A stretch of DNA of 64,000 nt from contig CM060732.1 in NCBI GenBank assembly GCA_030704615.1, positions 52,266,001 to 52,330,000 of the forward strand, written 5' to 3'. Of the stretch, positions 38,190-51,699 are shown one piece after another. The stretch's first letter is position 1. Every line of letters starts with the position of its first letter. The notes beneath the pieces are model-generated. The model was not told the origin of the DNA. It was given only the letters and a program-made list of their open reading frames with translations, and did not search any database. The stretch is from Takakia lepidozioides (lineage: Eukaryota; Plantae; Bryophyta). The translations under genes and the position numbers were made by a program.

Positions 38190-40100
38190 TAGATCAAACT
38201 CCATTTTTTCACTCTCTTCAACCATATCAAAGCTATGATGCAGAACTTTCTCTGGGGAGCCAACCCTTCTTCCCCCGTAAGAGGGCTCTTGTTGCTTGGT
38301 GACAGCTCTGCCAGAAGGAATCCATGGGAGGTCTCGGGTTTCTTGATCCCGAAGCACAGATTAAAGCACGGCCGAAGCCCATATTGAAGCCCTGTTGGCC
38401 AAATGGATCCCGAGGTCTTTCTTCCATCTGAAAGCACCATGGAGCAGGATCATTTGGCCTCATCTCGTGGAGGCCTTCCCCACATCCTCCTGTTTATGGG
38501 CTCCTTCTCTTAAATGGATTTTACAGGTAGTAATAGACCCTCCCCCTCCGGCTCATTGGCTTGGAAGTCCATTTGGAGCGCCTGGCAATCTGTCCGCAGC
38601 AATCTGACATTGCGAAGACCAGTAAATTTGGCTGAGGGTCTGCACCAGCCTTTGTTCGGGAACCTTGACCTTGACTCTGAGTCTCTGGCTCATCTTTTCA
38701 TGAAATGGGGATCATCTGGGATTTCTCACATCTGACACATTTGGGATTCGGCAGCCTACCTTTCCACAGCTCAAATTTCATCTTTCATCAGTCCCAGGTG
38801 GGTGGCGAGTGCCTGGCCTCTCATTCTCCACTCTGCCAAAGCCGCGGTGCGAGATCTTCTGACCTATGGTCCTTAAGTTGGAATCCACCAGCTTGACTAG
38901 GGGCTCGTATCCCTAATACAGTGATTTTAGTCTTATCTTCCACAAGAGAATGCTCGCAGCTTGAAATTCTCAGCTTCACTGCATGGTCTGCTATCGTTTC
39001 AAAAGCCCGTGACCAGACCGGCCGCTGATCTGTTCGAAGTCCGAATTATCGACTTGGTTGACAGAAGGATTAATCCGCAACCTCCATTCGGCATGGAAGT
39101 GGAGTGGGCATATGCCACAAAGCTTATCTGGTTTTTGAAGATTCCCCTGCAGGGCAGTACGAACCAGGAGAGATCCTGGATGAATGACTCCCACACCTCC
39201 TTTTTTGGTACAAAGCAAAAATTAACTACTTTCTCTTGATGCCTGCTACCTCTCGCTCTGTGGCATAAAGAGAGGGCAGCTAAGATCAGTGCCTTCCTTT
39301 GAAAATTTGTCAATAGGATTCTCCCTGTGAACTCTTACATCTCTCCTGACTCTCCTAATTGCTCCCTCAGTTCTATCAAAACTACTGAATCGATTGAGCA
39401 TTGCATGCTAGGGTGTTCCATAGTGCACAAGATATCTTTTCGGGGCCATGAAGGCAAACAGGAGCAGAGCCCCAGCGCGAAGGCAGAGAGAGACAGCACA
39501 CACGGGTTTGAACCCCAGACCCACAGGCTGTCTTACCACCGGGCCACGGCCAGAAGTTGGGCCCTCATCAAGTTGTTCGTGCCAGGTAATTTGCGGGTCA
39601 GAATGTCTGGAGTAGAGAACGTCATTCTTGTCCCAGGAGAAATCTAAGTCCGCAAGAAGTTGCTTCCTCCTCTTCAAGCATCTGCAAACAACTTTCCCAA
39701 AAATCGCCCCAGCCGCCCTCCCCTCAGTCATCAGATCCATGTATATTTTGTACTAGATTAATCTGAGACTGGAGACCAAATCTTGTCATTGTGCAGATTG
39801 AGTAAAGGCAGCCAGGTGGATGGCCAGGCAACAGTCTTCCATCTGTAGTACACGGCAAAAATCCAACAGCAGGAGACACCGGCAAAGTCCTCCTTCAGTC
39901 ATTGAGGGTGTTGCTGGTCGTGGGTATGAGCTCGATTGCAACATTTTCTGTCCTCCACCTCCTAAGTCCCTGTAGCAGGCATCTCCTCTCGGGTTTTGCC
40001 TTGCATCTACCCACTCAACCTCACAATTAATGAAGACTGACTTCTTGGGTTATACGCAGATAAATTTCCTCAATCTCGTAATGCCAGGCTCCTAGATCCC
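38190..40100 (+). mobile_element. Decayed LINE ORF2 3' part
   Basis: FLWG...LVAW..LCQKESMGGLG and LWHKERAAKISAFL...RILPVN...ESIEHCMLGC motifs. Broken frames. Confidence 0.75.
39430..39566 (-). mobile_element. tRNA-derived SINE-like insertion within the LINE
   Basis: Minus strand has A-box-like TGGCCCGGTGGT and B-box GGTTCAAACCC at tRNA-like spacing. It interrupts the LINE zinc-finger region. Confidence 0.55.
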
Positions 40101-41520
40101 CCATATCAAGGAGCCAACACCATGATTAGCCCCCATCATATACAAGAAAAGTTCTGCTGGCACTGTTTCGTCGTACTGGAGGGAATTCTGGTTTCACAGT
40201 CTTTGCGACGAACAAAGACAATTACAAGTTCACGGAAGCCAAGGAAACCCATCCGTTGGCGATGATACTCAAGAAAGTGCATGACTTTTTAGCTCGTAAC
40301 TCAAAAACGCTCTCCCTCTCTCAGGACATCTTGGTGCACTTCAATTTGGAAAGAAATTACATGCACTGAATACACTACTATGCATGTGATCCCTGCCTTT
40401 TACTGTTTTGACATTGTGATTACACAGGCCCCAGTCTAGAGGAAAGATGGATTGCATCCATTGAGAGCATGGCATTTCAATGCAGTGCTAAAACTATGGA
40501 GTATATCTCGAATATACTAAGCGCTGACTTTGCTCTAACCAGACAAGGGAACGACTTCACCTCCACTGCTGCTGCAATGGACATCCCTCGGGAGGCAGCT
40601 GAGGTGGAAATAGCTCCTTCGCACCACGAGATCAGATGATGGGCCCGGCTCCCCCGTCTCTCGCACAAGAGGTTTCATGTTTCATCCCCACCAATGGCAA
40701 GCTCCTCTTTCTCTCCTCGGCAATCTTGTTGTCCACGTGCTCATGGCAGCTCTGTGGTGGTGGTTCCTTATCACAGATCCTGAGCCCTTAGACAACAAGA
40801 GATGCCTTGTTTTGATCAGAAGAAATGAATTGGGATTGACCTTTGTTCAAGCAGATAATTTTGAGAGAAATTTCAAAGTAGGGGAAGTTATCGTCACATA
40901 CAAGCAATTGATGAATTAACTTCCAGACCTCAATGCAATCCACTGAGCATATAAAGAACAGTTGCCATAGTGCCAGCATCCGTTAAGCAAGGAAATGAAG
41001 AGTCTGGACTCAACCTTGCAACTAGGTCTCAACTTTATGGACTGAAGACAGAATAGAAGAGCTTACTAGACTAGTAGCACCCCCCTTGGAATCCTGAACT
41101 GTCCAGTTCGACCAGGCCACTGTCACCGGCCATAATTCAACATCCAATGAGTCAATTTTCCTTTCATTGAGCTTATGTTCTTGCAAACAAATAATAAAAG
41201 GAGAGGAGAGGAGATATAGAGCCCATCTTTTAATCTTAGGGCCTGTTCACACATACAGCTAAGGTTAACCTAGAAGCTGACATGGCAGGTAGGTTAAAGA
41301 GTACATGTCCGCACATTCGAGCAGCTATCTTACATGGCAGGTAACTTTCATCAGCAGCTAACCTAAATAATAGAGGTCAGTTATTCCTTTGTATTTTTTG
41401 GTGCTCACTTAACAGCTGTGAAAGCTTCTGTTAAGTTAACTTTTACTAGATTTACATGGAGTTGATTTATCCATCCTGTTCTTATTACTTCATTTATTTC
41501 TGTCTCTATATGGTGTGAAG

Positions 41521-41591
41521 TTCCCGCTCAAACTGGGCGCGGGGTCAATGGCCACAAGGCTACGGCAAACAACGTCTTATGAGTACAATCT
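41521..41591 (+). mobile_element. 5'-truncated short retroposon copy with 12-bp TSD
   Basis: Flanked by TATGGTGTGAAG on both sides. Same 3' end as 18554-18762. Confidence 0.7.
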
Positions 41592-42099
41592 CTATGGTGT
41601 GAAGGCAAATAAGAAATGAATTATTTTACCATGATGTGTGAACACCTAGCTAACTTATCATTGGCACAATTTAACATATCTGCACTAAGTGTGAACTCGT
41701 GGAAAAATACAGTGAAGTTAACATAGCTGCAGCCAAGTTAGCCAAAGCTGTGTTAACCTAGCTGCTTCGTGGCATCTGCCAGGCACATTACAAGATCATG
41801 TCTTGATGACCCGATCAAAGTTTTGTTCTCTTATCATCATGTTTAGAGAGGATATCCAATCAAAAATCAACCACAGGAATAGTCTCCACGAGATCAACAA
41901 TGCCTACAGCTGTGGATCCCAGATGAGCTCTGCAGTCAGAAGTGGTTCTGAACTTCTTCTTTATTGTTCAGAAGGTGTAAAGGGATCCCAACAACAATCG
42001 GAGGTCAAAGAGAGTGTGAGAATGTAAAACACATGAGCCTATAGCATAAATGCCTTTTGGTTTGCCAAAAAAAATTGGAAGCATCTAATTGGAAGCATC

Positions 42100-42700
42100 A
42101 TTGGTTGCATCTAACCTGGACCCTGTCCATTGAAGTTGTGTTTGCCCAAGTGGGACACAACTAGGTCTCTGGTGGCTCCTCAAGCTGAGGCCTACTCTCT
42201 GCTGGGTCACCCTATGGGAAGGTAGGTTTCTACTTAAGAAAGTGAAATCCTTCATTGGCAATTTCTTGTAGGGTGTGTTTCCCACATCCCCCTATCACAG
42301 GGTCTGGTTTCTAAGAAAGCATCTTCCGAGTTTGACCCTGGGGAATGGAACTGGATTCCCTTCCTCTCCTACTCGTCCAGCCCAGGCATCAGTGCCTTTC
42401 TATCCGCAATCAATGCTTTCCAAATGGAGCACCAAATGGGGACACTTCTTTCAAGATCCCATTAATTGGAATGTTATTTGGGAAGCCAATCAGATTCTCT
42501 AGGGTGATTTACTAACCCAGGACCCACTCACCCTTACACGTCAAGCTTGTACTACTGGTTCTACAGAGACTCTGGAGGATTACGTATTCTCCTGCTCCCC
42601 AACAAGTCTCAGCTGCAGCTGATGGCCTTTAACTCTAATTAGGGTCAGATTGACACTAATTGCACTACAGGAATCCCTCTCTTGCCTCTGATTGCATGTC
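42100..42700 (+). mobile_element. Highly decayed LINE remnant
   Basis: KWSTKW...INWNVIW and C..GSTETLEDYVFSC resemble the zf-RVT region. Confidence 0.4.
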
Positions 42701-43621
42701 AACCTGCAATATATATGTCAACCTGCACGGGATGCCCTCCACAACATGCAATATAAAGCATGTCAAACATGTACCTGGCCTCCTTCATCCAGTCAGGGCA
42801 ATCTCTTCAGCTCAGGATGGACTTCTTCCATTGTAGAGGCAACCTGTCATCAACCACATGCACTTCATTCTCCATTGCAATTGAGCTACACAATGGCTCC
42901 TTTGTGACACCTTGATTTTTCTCACCTTCACAGTGTCCTACCACATGCCAACAACAGCACAGATATTCTTTGATTTAGTTTTGACTGCAAGCTCTCAGTT
43001 TGAAAGCTTCTCCAGCGTTGTGACAGGACTAGGTGTGAATGTGAATTGAGATACTGGATACTCCCCACTTGCTCCAAAGATAATCAGCCTCACCTCTGAT
43101 TTGAGGATACCCTTGTTCCACCTTTCCTGCTGCAAAAATGTCAACTGCCATACATTCAGGATTTTCGGTGCGCCAACTGTACCTTGCAAAAATAACAAAT
43201 GGTCTCCCATAAAGTTTTATGTGACTTCCCTTCTGCTCATCAAGCTATACTCGAATTGTGATCAGGGGCAGCTCACAGGAGGTGCAACACTCACAGTCGC
43301 ATTCGACAACAGAAATCATAGCTCTATTGTCTTACAAGAACAAGGAGAAATTGATACCTTTCTACCTTTGTATCTGAAGAAGGCACTTTCTTTCATCATG
43401 TTATAAAGCACCATTCCATTTCATTTCATTTCATCATGTTGCTTGTTTCACAAGTAATCGTCACAACAGCAAAGCCCATCTTTTGGACATGGTTAAAGCG
43501 GTGGGCATCCCCCTCATTCAATAACAGAATCATAGCTCTATTTGCTTACAAGAACAATGAGAGAATATTAACATTCCACCCTCATACCTGAAGGAGCACT
43601 TTCTTTCATCATGGTGGTCAG

Positions 43622-46600
43622 TCACCAGTAATCCCCACAAGAACAATGCCCATCTTGGAAGTGGTGAAAGCGGTGGGGATCCCGCACAACAATTGCTCGC
43701 CTTACAATCTTAGAGATGAACTTGGCAGCTGTGTGGCAGTCACCACACACTCGAAGGTTCTTGATGACATGGAGAGGCGTCCCAGAGGGTGTGCTGATGA
43801 GCCCAAAAGCAATGGCCAGCCTCTCACTGTGGTGGAAGAGAGAAAACTCCTTTTGATCCTCCTCCACATCACGCAATACAAAGCGTGTGTCAGGAACATA
43901 GCCGGCTTCCTTCATCTGCCGAGACAAATTCTTCAGCTCAGCATGGATTTTCTCAATTTGTGGATGTGATTTATCTTCTACTACGAATGCATGCACCTGG
44001 TTGTCCACGTCAATACAGCTGCACCCTGGCTCCTTTATCACACCTCTGTCCTGCATCATTTTTCTTACCTTTACTGTATCGTTCCACCTGCCAGCTGCAG
44101 CATATATGTTAGATAACAGCACATACGTCCCTGCATGCTGTGGATCCCAATTGAGAAGGCATTTTGCTGCACGCACTGCTAGCTTCACGTTGCCATGAAT
44201 TTTGCAGGCACCAAGCAAGGCCCCCCACACCGTAGCATCTGCTTCGATTGGCATTTTGTTGATAAAGTCCTCAGCCTCATCCAATCGCCCTGCACGGCCA
44301 AGGAGGTCTACCATACAGCCAAAATGCTCCACTCTTGGAGTGAGGCCATGCTGTTCACACATAGCATCAAAGTAGTGACCACCTTCATCCACTAGGCCCA
44401 CATGACTACATGCAGAGAGAACTCCTATAAAGGTGATGTCATTCGGCTCCAAGCCTTCCTGTTGCATTTGTTCAAATAGTTGCAGGGCCTCCCTACCAAA
44501 CCCATGCTGAGCATATCCTGCGATCATCACGTTACTTGAGACCACATTTCGTCGGGCCATATTGTCAAAAACTTGACGAGCCTCCTTCATGTTCCCACAT
44601 TTCGCATACATGTCAGTGAGGGCATTCTCCAAATTAATATATGACACAATTCCGGCTTTGACAATGTCAGCATGGACCTGCTTGCCCTTTTCTAGCACTG
44701 CCAGACTGGCACATGCACTCAGAACACAGAGAAATGTGATCATGTTAGGGGTCACCCCTTCCCGTATCATTCGCTCATACATCTCAAAAGCTTTTGAACC
44801 AAAACCTTGCTGAGCATATCCTGAGATCATTGTACTCCATGAGACCACATCTCGTTCAACCATATTGTTGAACACTTGATCTGCATCCTTCATGTTCCCG
44901 CATTTGGTATACATGTTCACAATGGTATTCTCCAAATCAATCGAGGATCTAATTCCAGCTTTGATGATGTCAGCATGGACCTCTTTCCCCTTTTCCAGAC
45001 TTGCCAGGCTGGCACACGCATTGAGAATGCAAATGAACGTGACATGGTCAGGTGTCATGCCTTCAAGTACCATTTGCTCATAGATATTGAAAGCCTCCAT
45101 GCCATACCCATGCTGAGCATATCCTCCAATTATTGCATTCCATGAGACCACATCTCGGTCAGCCATATTATTGAAGACGTGATGTGCATCCTTCATGTTC
45201 CCACATTTAGCATACATGTCAATGAGGGCAGTCTCAAGAATGAAATTTGGTGCAATTCCTACTTTGATGATGTCAGCATGGATCTGTTTGCCCTTTTCCA
45301 GGGCTGCTAGGCTGGCACATGCATTGAGGACACCAACGAACGTGACCACGTTGGGTGTCACCCCTTCCTGTATCATTTGCTCATAGATCTCAAAAGCCTC
45401 CCTGCCACATCCATGCTGGGCATATCCTGCAATCAGTGTACTCCATGAAACCACATTTCGTTTGGCCATTTTGTCAAACACTAGATGTGCATCCTTCATG
45501 TTCCCACATTTGGCATACATGTTCATGAGGGCAGTCTCCAGCATGATATCAGATGCCATTCCAGCTTTGAGGATGTCAGCGTGAACCTCTTTGCCTTTTC
45601 CTGGGGCTGCTAGCCTAGCGCACGCATGGAGAATGCAAATGAATGTGACCTTGTTGGGTGTGACCCCTTCCCATATCATCTGCTCATACATCTCGAAAGC
45701 CTCCCTACCACACCCATGCTGAGCATATCCTGCGATCATCACACTCCATGAGACTACATTTCGTGGGACCATATTGTCAAACACATATTGCGCATCCTTC
45801 ATGCTCCCACATTTCATATACATGGCAGCAAGTGCAGTCCCCAGAACGTCATTTGGTGCAAAACCAGCTTTGGTGATGTCAGCATGGATCTCTTTACCAT
45901 TTTCAAGGGATCCTAAGCTCCCACAGGCCTTGAGAATGGAAATGAATGTGACCCTGTCTGGGGTTATCCCTTCCCGTTGCATTTGCTCATACATCTGGAA
46001 AGCCTCCATACCAAACCCATTTTGAGCATATCCTGCAATCATTGCGTTCCATGAAACCACATTTCGCTTAACCATGTTGTCAAATACTTTAAGTGCATCC
46101 TTCAAGCTCCCACATTTAGCATACATGCTAACAAGGGTATTCTCTAGCATAATATCTGGTGCAACTCCAGCCTTGATGATGACAGCATGGACCTCTTTAC
46201 CCTTTTCGAGAACTCCTAAGCTGGCACATGCCTTGATAATACTAATGAACATGACATTGTTGGGCATGATCCCTTCCAATATGATTTGCTGATAGATCTC
46301 CAGAGCCTCCCTATTACACCCCTGCTTCACATATCCTGCCATCATTACAGTCCACGTAAACAAATCTCGTTCAGGCATTTTGTCAAATACTTGGCGTGCA
46401 TACGTCATGCTCCCGCATTTGGCATACATGTCAACAAGGGTGTTGAGCAAAAAGAGGTTTGGCTTGAATCCGCTTTGGATGATGTGGGCGTGCACCTGGT
46501 TTCCCATTTCAAGGTTTTCAATTTTGATGCACTCCCGCAACAGACAGAGATAAGTACTTGAGTCTGCCGAATTGCTTTGTTTGCTCAACACTTGCAGCGC

Positions 46601-47919
46601 CTCTTTCAGCTTTCCGTACTTACACAGTGTCCTCACCTGCCCACAAGAGCTTGAAGAGTTTTTGTTGACTCCATCACCAGATTGTGCTCGACCTTCTATC
46701 ATGGCAGTGCTAGTTGCTTGCACCCAAAGAGGTTCCCACCAGGCCTCGTTTGTTTGTATTTGTATATCATCTCCTGGATTTTTCTGCAAACACCATCAAT
46801 GAACACCTGAGCAGCCAGCACTTCAACCACAGCCTGGCAACGTACAATAGCAGATTTTTCTTTAATTGAAGGGACAGGAGGTACAATCCAGTCCACAAAA
46901 CATCACAATGCTGCTTCAGTCACAGGCCCTCCTTACAAAACTCTTCACATTCTATTTGAATGAATAAGGCCTCACCTTCTCAAACCTACTCTCTCGTAGT
47001 GAAGGATATGAGAACTCCTGCCAGAGTCCTTCTTTGCTCCTGGCTGGACCTGTGGACAAAAGAGGTAGAAGAAAATGAAAATTTTGTCAACTTTCGATTG
47101 CTTGGTACCATTAAGAGCACCCGGGATTAGACCTACATCTTTACCAGCTCCTCTTTGACCTCAGTTTCTTTGAGGAAGGCTCTCCATAGAAAGTCACCTG
47201 TCTTTCTTCAGGCTTCCCGTCACTCTCTCTCTCTCTCCCCTCCCTTAAACACACTGTGACTGGGAGTACAATCACACTCACAACTGTCACACCTATGTCG
47301 CATTGGGGGCTACACCAGCAGAGCTATCTGTATCGTCCCTTAATCCACACCCTAGTGCGTAGAAAGGCTCAGGAACTGCCCTCAACAGCCAATGTTCGCA
47401 GGGAGTGGTCAATGAGCACACTCACTCTGTCCTTATCCTTCTTCAGTGCGACTGGCTCTTGTTGCTCTTCACTGCTATACATTTAGGAGTGATCTCAAGT
47501 TGAACGTTACGAAATTAGGCAGGAATTTAGTGGCATGGTTATGCGTGAGCCTGAGTGTCAATTGTCTCCTGTATAACCATTGAGTGAAACCTATAGTTCT
47601 GCTGAAAAGGGGCAATGTGGACACTGGATCGCTTCGACACAAATAACTTAAAAGACCAACAAATGCACAAGATTTCCACGTCTGTACCTTCCTGCGACAT
47701 CCCTGGAGTTTTGGGAGGAGTCATGGCCATCACTCGGATCATTCTGGGGTCCGGCATTGCCAAGCTGGGTACCGGTGTAAGCTCTGCAGCCTGACCAGTC
47801 ATCAATCTGCTGCATGATGTGAGGCCCCCTACCAGCTCACCGCCAGGAGAACCCAGGAACGTGGGCATCTCCTCTCCCTGCACGCTCAGGGGAGCTCCAC
47901 AGCTTGCTGAAGCTGCCAT
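43622..47919 (-). CDS. PLS-E-DYW PPR RNA-editing factor with eroded N-terminal PDF-like motif, about 1155 aa, 3 exons
   Basis: Exons 47919-47688, 47049-46976 and 46783-43622 splice in frame (GT..AG). Seven S-motif triplets plus P2-L2-S2, E domains, PG box PGCSCI, HSE...CGDC deaminase signature and terminal DYW. Confidence 0.9.
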
Positions 47920-48061
47920 CGCCACACGACACTCATCCTCCCTCTACCTATTCATCTAAAATTGGTAGAGATCAGCCACCCAAACACAAAGGATCGAGCA
48001 CGGGAATAGGTCCCTTTCGTCTCCACCAAATCTCGCTAATCGTCAATTTTTCTTGTGGCTC

Positions 48062-48525
48062 ATGTTGAGCTTCTACTCTTCGCTCACTGTCTCAGGGATG
48101 GCAGCGTGCTCTTCTTTCAATGAAAAGGCGGGAAGCCTCACATTATGCAGCGGATCAGGGGCCCAGGTTGTGGAGCTGAATTCGCCAATCAGATTGCCAA
48201 TGCCAGGGCCGAGGTCCTTGCACGTGATGGGGCTGGAGCAGAACAGAAGAAAGGTATGCATATGAAAATATTTACGTGTTTTGTTTGGGTCTCTGTGCGT
48301 CGGAGTGAGGCTCAGCTCCTGTAATATCTGAAAAAGACACCTCCTCTCGCCATTGGTTTCACGGAGACATAGAGTCCTTATTTACGTGGCTTGCTTGTGG
48401 CCAAAGCCATGGTGGCGGGGGCGAAACCGAAACCCGATGGAAATGTCGAAGTTGCAAAGCATTTGAACTCTCTCCTCACTGTACAGGGCTGTTTATCATA
48501 GTTGTGGCACAAATTGCTACTGTGA

Positions 48526-48563
<38 letters not shown>

Positions 48564-51500
48564 TTAATTTTATATAAGCCCTGGCCCAGTCTTCTCACCA
48601 AGACCGAGGTCAATTGGGAGCTATTATACTTTGAAGCACTTGCCCTCAATAGATTCTGAAGCAATCAGAAGTTGGCGAAGTTCTCACGCTCTTGCAGTTC
48701 TTGCTCGTAGATCAAGCCATGACCATAGAGTGGCTCTGGCAGGAGTTCTTCTCAGATCCTTCACAGTGGTGGGATAACAGCTTTGCAAAGGTAAGTCTAT
48801 CGTCATAAGGACTCCATAAAGTTTGTCTAGGAGGGCTTCTGACTGAAGCTGGCAACATCATGTTTTGTGGAGTGGAATTGTCCCAAATTGTCTAGATTAT
48901 AACAATATTATTCTGCATTATCAGTGGGTTCAGTAGGTTGTTCTACCTCGTGGCCAGTATATGAAAGCAGGTTGGTCGAGCTTGTTCCCTGTAATTTGAA
49001 AGATGTCCGGAGCTTAGGTGGTTGTAGCATGATCTTTCTGAAGCTTGGTAGCTATGGTTGCTCAGCTGCCTACTGGTGATATTTGCAGCAAAATCGAAGA
49101 TCACCAGACTTAATACATAAGCGCACAAAGGAGGCCATTTGGATTGAGGGTTGGTTGAATCCTCCCTGGGTGACAGAAAAGCTAGCTGCCATGGTGCAAA
49201 GTCCAGCACGATGTGGTGACAATTCTAAGATGAATGTACAACATGGAGGACCAGCCCCAGAATACAATGGGTATTGTTTTCGTGATCATTTAAGGGCTTA
49301 CACTTAAAATAAATGTTACAGATTATTTCAGATTGAATGCAGTGGTTTTGTAACCCTGTTAGCATGTAGGCTGTTCTCAGTGAGGGGTGTTTCTTCGAAA
49401 CATCTGGGAGCATTGGGACATATTATGTGAATATGATGTAAAAGTTTGTAACTAAATTGAGTCATGCAGGATGGCAGGTTTGAATCAGGCACAGTTGTTT
49501 GTTGGACATCAGACTGACAAGATGGGTATCACCTCCACCGTCACCCCTGCTTGTGAAGGAGGACCAAGAGAGGGAGTCAACATGTCTGAGAGTGTGAGAG
49601 CCCTCTGTAAGGCAGGACGACTGAAAGAGGCGCTCCATGTTTTGAACCAACAAGGCATCCAGGTGGACTCGAGTACTTATATCTGTCTCTTGCAGGGGTG
49701 TGTCAAGCTGAAACGCCTCACAGAAGGAAAGCAGGTGCATGCCCACATTATTAGAAATGGATATATACCAAACATCCATCTATTTAACACCCTTGTCAAC
49801 ATGTATGTCAAGTGCGGAAGCATAATGGATGCTCGCCAAGTGTTTAACAAAATGCCTGAACGAGATATGATTACTTGGACTATGATGATGTCAGGATACG
49901 CCAGGCATGGGCATGATGAGGAAGCTTTCAAAACCTATGATCAAATGCTATCTGCAGGGGTGACGCCTGATAGGGTCACATTCATTTGCATTCTCAATGT
50001 GTGTGCCAACCTTGGAGCGCTGGAAAAGGGCAAAGAGGTCCATGCTGACATCATCAAAGCGGGAATTGTGTCATATATAAATTTGGACACTGCCCTTCTT
50101 GACATGTATGGGAAATGCGGGAGCATGAAGGATGCATGTCAAGTATTCTACAGTATGGCTCAACGGGATGTGGTCTCCTGGAATGCTCTGATCACAGGAT
50201 ATGCTCAGCACGGAAGTGGTAGGGAGGCTTTGAAGATGTATAAGCAAATGCAACTGGAAGGGGTAAGCCCGGACAGGGTCACATTCATTTGCGTTCTCAC
50301 TGCATGTGCAAGCCTAGGGGCTCTGGAGAAGGGTAGAGAGGTCCATGCTGACCTCAGCAAAATTGGACTTGCGCCAGACATCATTCTGGAGACTGCCCTT
50401 GTTGACATGTATGCCAAATGCGGGAGTATGAAGGATGCGTCTCAAGTGTTCAACAATATGGCTCAAAAAGATGTTGTCTCATGGAGTGCGATGATAGCAG
50501 GATATGCTCAGCAGGGTTATGCTCGGGAGGCTTTTGAGATCTATGAGCAAATGCAGCGGAAAGGAGTGACACCCAACAGGGGCACATTCATTGGCATTCT
50601 CAATGCCTGTGCCAGCAAAGGAGCTCTGGACAAGGGCAAAGAGGTCCATGTGGACATCATCAAAGCTGGCATTTTGTTACATCTTAATTTGGAGACTGCC
50701 CTTGTTGACATGTATGCCAAATGTGGGAGCATGAAGGATGCGCGTCAAGTGTTCAATGATATGGTTCACCAAGATTTGGTCGCATGGAATGCCATAATTG
50801 CGGGGTATGCGCAGCATGGGGATGGCAGGGAGGCCCTCCGACTATTTGAACAAATGCAAGAGGAAGGATTGCAGCCAGATCGTATCACCTTTGTATCTCT
50901 TCTATCTGCATGTAGTCACGGGGGCCTAGTGGGTGAAGGCCGTCACTATTTCAATTCCATGAGTCGAGTTCATGGGCTCATTCCCACGGCAGAGCATTTT
51001 TGCTGCATGGTGGACCTTCTTGGCCGTGCAGGCCGATTGAATGAGGCCGAGGACTTCATTAGCAAAATGCCAGTCAAACCGGGTGCTTCTGTGTGGAGGG
51101 CCTTGCTGAGTGCCTGCAGAAATCATAATAATGTTGAGGTGGCAGAACGTGCAGCAAAAAGCCTTCTCAAGTGTGATCCACAGCAAGCTTCAGCCTATGT
51201 GCTACTATCCAACATCTATGCTGCAGCTGGCAGGTGGGACGATAGAGCAAAGGTGAGAGAAGTGATGCAGGACAGAGGTGTCAGAAAGGAGCCAGGGCGC
51301 AGCTGCATTGAAGTAGAGAACCAGGTGCACACATTTATAGTAGACAAAAAGTCGCATCCACAAATTGAGGAAATCCATGCTGTGCTGAAGAGCTTGTATG
51401 TGCAGATAAGGGAGGCTGGGTATAAGCCTGACATGGGCTTTATATTGCATGATATGGAGGAGGAGCACAAGGAATCTTCTCTTCTTCACCACAGTGAGAA

Positions 51501-51699
51501 GCTAGCCATTGCTTTTGGACTGATGAGGACGCCCCTCGGGACGCCTCTCCGTGTCATCAATAATCTGAGGATGTGTGGTGATTGTCACACTGCCGTTAAG
51601 TTCATCTCAAAGACTGTTGGGCGTGCAGTCAGTGTCCGGGATGGTAACCACTTTCACCACTTCCAAGATGGAGTTTGTTCTTGTGGGGATTATTGGTGA
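48062..51699 (+). CDS. PLS-E-DYW PPR RNA-editing factor with N-terminal OSB-type PDF motif, about 898 aa, 4 exons
   Basis: Exons 48062-48253, 48698-48790, 49089-49270 and 49470-51699 splice in frame (phases 0, 0, 2). [19 protein letters not shown]|[28 protein letters not shown], then four S-motif triplets, E, HSE...CGDC and DYW. Confidence 0.9.

Noticed and set aside
43622-44050. U-to-C (DYW:KP) type editing domain
   Set aside because: Both intact genes have PG boxes, HSE and terminal DYW, matching the ordinary C-to-U type.
43646-46802. Many short antisense ORFs over the PPR gene (also over the other PPR and the Hsp70 genes)
   Set aside because: Shadow ORFs produced by the repetitive coding strand.
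47250-47520. Possible structured ncRNA between the PPR genes
   Set aside because: No recognisable snRNA, snoRNA or telomerase motif. It falls inside intron 1 of the minus-strand PPR model.
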